A program made the translations under genes and the position numbers. Below the pieces are notes generated by a model. The model made no database searches and was not told where the DNA came from. It worked only from the letters and a program-made list of their open reading frames with translations. Below are positions 61,201 to 64,000 of a DNA stretch of 64,000 nucleotides, piece by piece (positions within the stretch are counted from its first letter, which is position 1; each line of letters opens with the position of its first letter). Origin of the DNA: an uncultured Acidobacteriota bacterium (GTDB lineage: Bacteria; Acidobacteriota; UBA6911); the NCBI GenBank assembly GCA_963827655.1, contig CAWHCF010000049.1, positions 1 through 64,000 on the forward strand, given 5' to 3'.

Positions 61201-64000
61201 GTGCCCGCTGCGCTCGAGATCAAGAACACCGTGAACCTGCCGAAGACCTCATTCAGCATGAAGGCCAATCTGCCACAGCGAGAGCCGCAGATGCTGAAGT
61301 TTTGGGAGAGCATCGATGTATATGGCCAGATCCGCGCGGCCCGGGCGGGTAAACCCGCTTACGTTCTCCACGACGGCCCCCCTTACGCGAACGGGGCGAT
61401 TCACATGGGGACCGCCATCAACAAAATTCTTAAAGACATCATTGTGAAGTCCCGCACCATGATGGGATTTGATGCGCCGTACGTTCCAGGGTGGGACTGC
61501 CATGGCCTTCCGATCGAGATCAAGGTCGACCAGATGCTCGGGCCGCGCAAGGCCGCGATGAACAAGGTCGCCATCCGGCAGGAGTGCCGCAAGTACGCGG
61601 AAAAGTATATCGATTTACAGCGCAAGGGATTTCAGCGCCTCGAGGTCTTCGGGGAGTGGAACCGACCTTACCTGACGATGGACTACTCCTACGAAGCCGA
61701 CATCGTCCGCGCTTTCGGCGAGTTTGCCGAGAAGGGACTGGTTTACAAGGGTCTCAAGCCTGTCTACTGGTGCTTCTCCTGCAGGACGGCGCTTGCGGAG
61801 GCCGAGGTTGAGTACGAGGACCACGTCAGCTCTTCCATTTATGTGGCTTTCCCGGTTGAATCGGATCTTTCCGATCTTGGCTTGGCGGGTCAGGATTGGT
61901 CCATCGTAATCTGGACCACCACGCCCTGGACCTTGCCGGCCAACCAGGCGATCGCATTTCATCCGGATTTCGAATACTGCGGCGTACGTGTCAACGGCCG
62001 GGGGTACATCGTAGCCAGCGCGCTTCTCGAGGCGGTTTCCCAGAAATGCGGTTGGAAAGATCCAGTAATCGCCGGCCGATTTCACGGACGTTCCATAGAA
62101 CGGCGCAAAGCGCGCCATCCTTACCTCAATCGAGAGTCGCTGCTGGTGCTGGGAGACTATGTCACTCTCGACCAGGGAACCGGCTGCGTTCACACGGCGC
62201 CGGGTCATGGCTACGAGGACTATTTGACGGGCGTGCGCTACGGCCTGGAGATTCTCTGTCCGGTTGACGGCAACGGCCGATTCACAGCCCAGGTCGAGCA
62301 CTTTGGCGGAATGCACGTCCTGGAAGCCAACCCTGAGATCGTCAAACTCCTCCGGTCGCGGGGGAGGCTCCTCCATCTCGAGGAATTCGCGCACCAGTAC
62401 CCTCACTGCTGGCGCTGTCATAATCCCATTGTCTTTCGCGCCACGCCGCAATGGTTTATCGCTCTTGACGCCGATGGCTACCGGGGAAAAGTTTTGGATG
62501 CGATCAAAAATGTACGGTGGATTCCCGGCTGGGGGGAGGAACGCATCAGCAACATGGTGAAGGATCGCCCTGATTGGTGCATTTCGCGCCAGCGAGACTG
62601 GGGTGTGCCGATCGTAGCCTTCTACTGTAAGGCCTGTGGGGAGATCCTGCTGGACAAGCAGGTCATCGACTACGTCGCTTCCATTTTCGAGCGTGAAGGG
62701 GCCGATGCCTGGTACGCAAGGGACGTCACGGCGTTGCTTCCGGGGGGGACCTCGTGCCGGAAATGTGGAGGAAGTGAGTTCGGAAGAGAATTTGACATAC
62801 TTGACGTTTGGTTTGACTCGGGGAGCAGTCATCTGGCCACGCTAGGCGGGCGTAAGAATCTTCCCTGGCCCTCCGATTTATACATCGAAGGTGGCGACCA
62901 GTATCGCGGCTGGTTCCAAAGCTCGCTTCTGATCGGTGTCGCGCTGCGCGGCAGCTCTCCCTATCGAGCTTCGATCACGCATGGCTGGACCCTCGACGAA
63001 CTCGGCCGGGCGATGTCCAAGTCGAAGGGAATCGGAATCGACCCCGCCGAGCTGATCGAGCAGCGCGGCGCCGAAATTGCGCGTTTGCTGATCAGCTCGG
63101 TCAACTACGTCGAAGATGTGCGGATTTTCGATGAACTCCTGGAGAATCTGAGCACAGCCTACCGGAAGATTCGCAATACCTGCCGGTTCATGCTGGGAAA
63201 TCTGAGTAACCAGCTGGACGCGGACCATCCGCGCTTCGACCCGCAGCTGGACTCGGTGCCTTTCGACGAGATGCCGGAGATCGACCGCTGGGCGCTTGCG
63301 CGCACAGGTCAAGTAATCCAGAAGTGCCTGGAAAGCTACGAGGCCTACCAGTTCCATCAGGTCTATGGCGCTTTGTACAACTTCTGTGTTGTCGACCTGT
63401 CGGCCTTCTACCTCAACATACTCAAAGACCGTCTCTATACCCACGCAGTCCGGTCTATCTCGCGCCGGTCCGCTCAAACCGCTCTATGGCACATTCTCGA
63501 TTCGCTGGCCCGATTGCTCGCTCCCATTCTTTCATTTACGGCCGAGGAAGTCTGGCAGGCAATGCAGGAAGGGAAAGGCCCCCGTGAGTCCGTTCATGTG
63601 CAGGTGTTTCCAGCCTTCGTGCCGCAGAACAACCAGACGGTGTTGCTCGACGAGTGGGAAAAACTCCGGAACCTGCGCGAGGTCGTCAGCCAGGCGCTCG
63701 AGGAAGCAAGGCGCGCCAAGACCATGGCAGATTCCCTCGAGGCGAAGCTGGTCCTGCGCGCCGCCCCCGATGTGTCTGCGCTGCTGCGCAGGCACGCCGC
63801 CGACCTGCGCTATCTGTTCATAGTGTCCGAGGTCGAACTAGTGGAAGCGGAGCGGGCGGAAATCAATGAACTAAAAGTCGAGGTGATGCCCGCTCAGGGC
63901 AAGAAGTGTGAACGATGCTGGAATTACTCGGTCGAGGTGGGAAAAAATTCTCAGTTTCCCACCCTGTGCGAGCGTTGCGTTCCGGTTGTGCTCGAGATGG
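61201..64000 (+). CDS. ileS: Isoleucyl-tRNA synthetase (runs off window end; absent from ORF track)
   Basis: AAGGAG RBS, GTG start, NLPKT.F.MKANL, DGPPYANG.IHMG, GWDCHGLPIE, DWCISRQR.WG, AMSKS, C-terminal KCERCW...LCERC. Confidence 0.97.
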   Translation, partial: MPAALEIKNTVNLPKTSFSMKANLPQREPQMLKFWESIDVYGQIRAARAGKPAYVLHDGPPYANGAIHMGTAINKILKDIIVKSRTMMGFDAPYVPGWDCHGLPIEIKVDQMLGPRKAAMNKVAIRQECRKYAEKYIDLQRKGFQRLEVFGEWNRPYLTMDYSYEADIVRAFGEFAEKGLVYKGLKPVYWCFSCRTALAEAEVEYEDHVSSSIYVAFPVESDLSDLGLAGQDWSIVIWTTTPWTLPANQAIAFHPDFEYCGVRVNGRGYIVASALLEAVSQKCGWKDPVIAGRFHGRSIERRKARHPYLNRESLLVLGDYVTLDQGTGCVHTAPGHGYEDYLTGVRYGLEILCPVDGNGRFTAQVEHFGGMHVLEANPEIVKLLRSRGRLLHLEEFAHQYPHCWRCHNPIVFRATPQWFIALDADGYRGKVLDAIKNVRWIPGWGEERISNMVKDRPDWCISRQRDWGVPIVAFYCKACGEILLDKQVIDYVASIFEREGADAWYARDVTALLPGGTSCRKCGGSEFGREFDILDVWFDSGSSHLATLGGRKNLPWPSDLYIEGGDQYRGWFQSSLLIGVALRGSSPYRASITHGWTLDELGRAMSKSKGIGIDPAELIEQRGAEIARLLISSVNYVEDVRIFDELLENLSTAYRKIRNTCRFMLGNLSNQLDADHPRFDPQLDSVPFDEMPEIDRWALARTGQVIQKCLESYEAYQFHQVYGALYNFCVVDLSAFYLNILKDRLYTHAVRSISRRSAQTALWHILDSLARLLAPILSFTAEEVWQAMQEGKGPRESVHVQVFPAFVPQNNQTVLLDEWEKLRNLREVVSQALEEARRAKTMADSLEAKLVLRAAPDVSALLRRHAADLRYLFIVSEVELVEAERAEINELKVEVMPAQGKKCERCWNYSVEVGKNSQFPTLCERCVPVVLEM

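Noticed and set aside
1-64000. tRNA/rRNA/tmRNA genes
   Set aside because: No cloverleaf or rRNA signature recognised by eye; tRNAscan-SE or Infernal would be decisive.

Overview
Bacterial chromosomal window, GC-rich, probably Acidobacteriota (inferred from the Oar-type TonB receptor, the PVC-type heme protein and the gene content). Many single-base frameshifts in otherwise intact genes suggest a long-read consensus with indel errors. Bases 1-7.5 kb are a nest of mobile DNA: an integrase-core (DDE) IS split by a 2.65-kb large-serine-recombinase element, a group II intron RT remnant, a Tat-exported beta-carbonic anhydrase behind an attC-like site, and a truncated tyrosine recombinase cut by an IS1-family element. 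Bases 8-28 kb hold accessory metabolic and secreted genes, including a 14-repeat kelch protein. Bases 29-33.5 kb are an NHEJ cluster (ligD, ku, MerR-TPR gene). Bases 34-54 kb are mostly housekeeping genes. Bases 54.6-58.9 kb carry two tandem pentameric ligand-gated ion channel genes, a DUF4239 membrane protein and an output-less HAMP receptor; an acyl-CoA synthetase and ileS follow. Top observations: (i) the recombinase element has exact TA-duplicated ends, and joining them would give its first ORF an in-frame ATG and Shine-Dalgarno site; (ii) the tandem pLGIC/DUF4239/HAMP locus. All family calls come from motif recognition, with no database searches.
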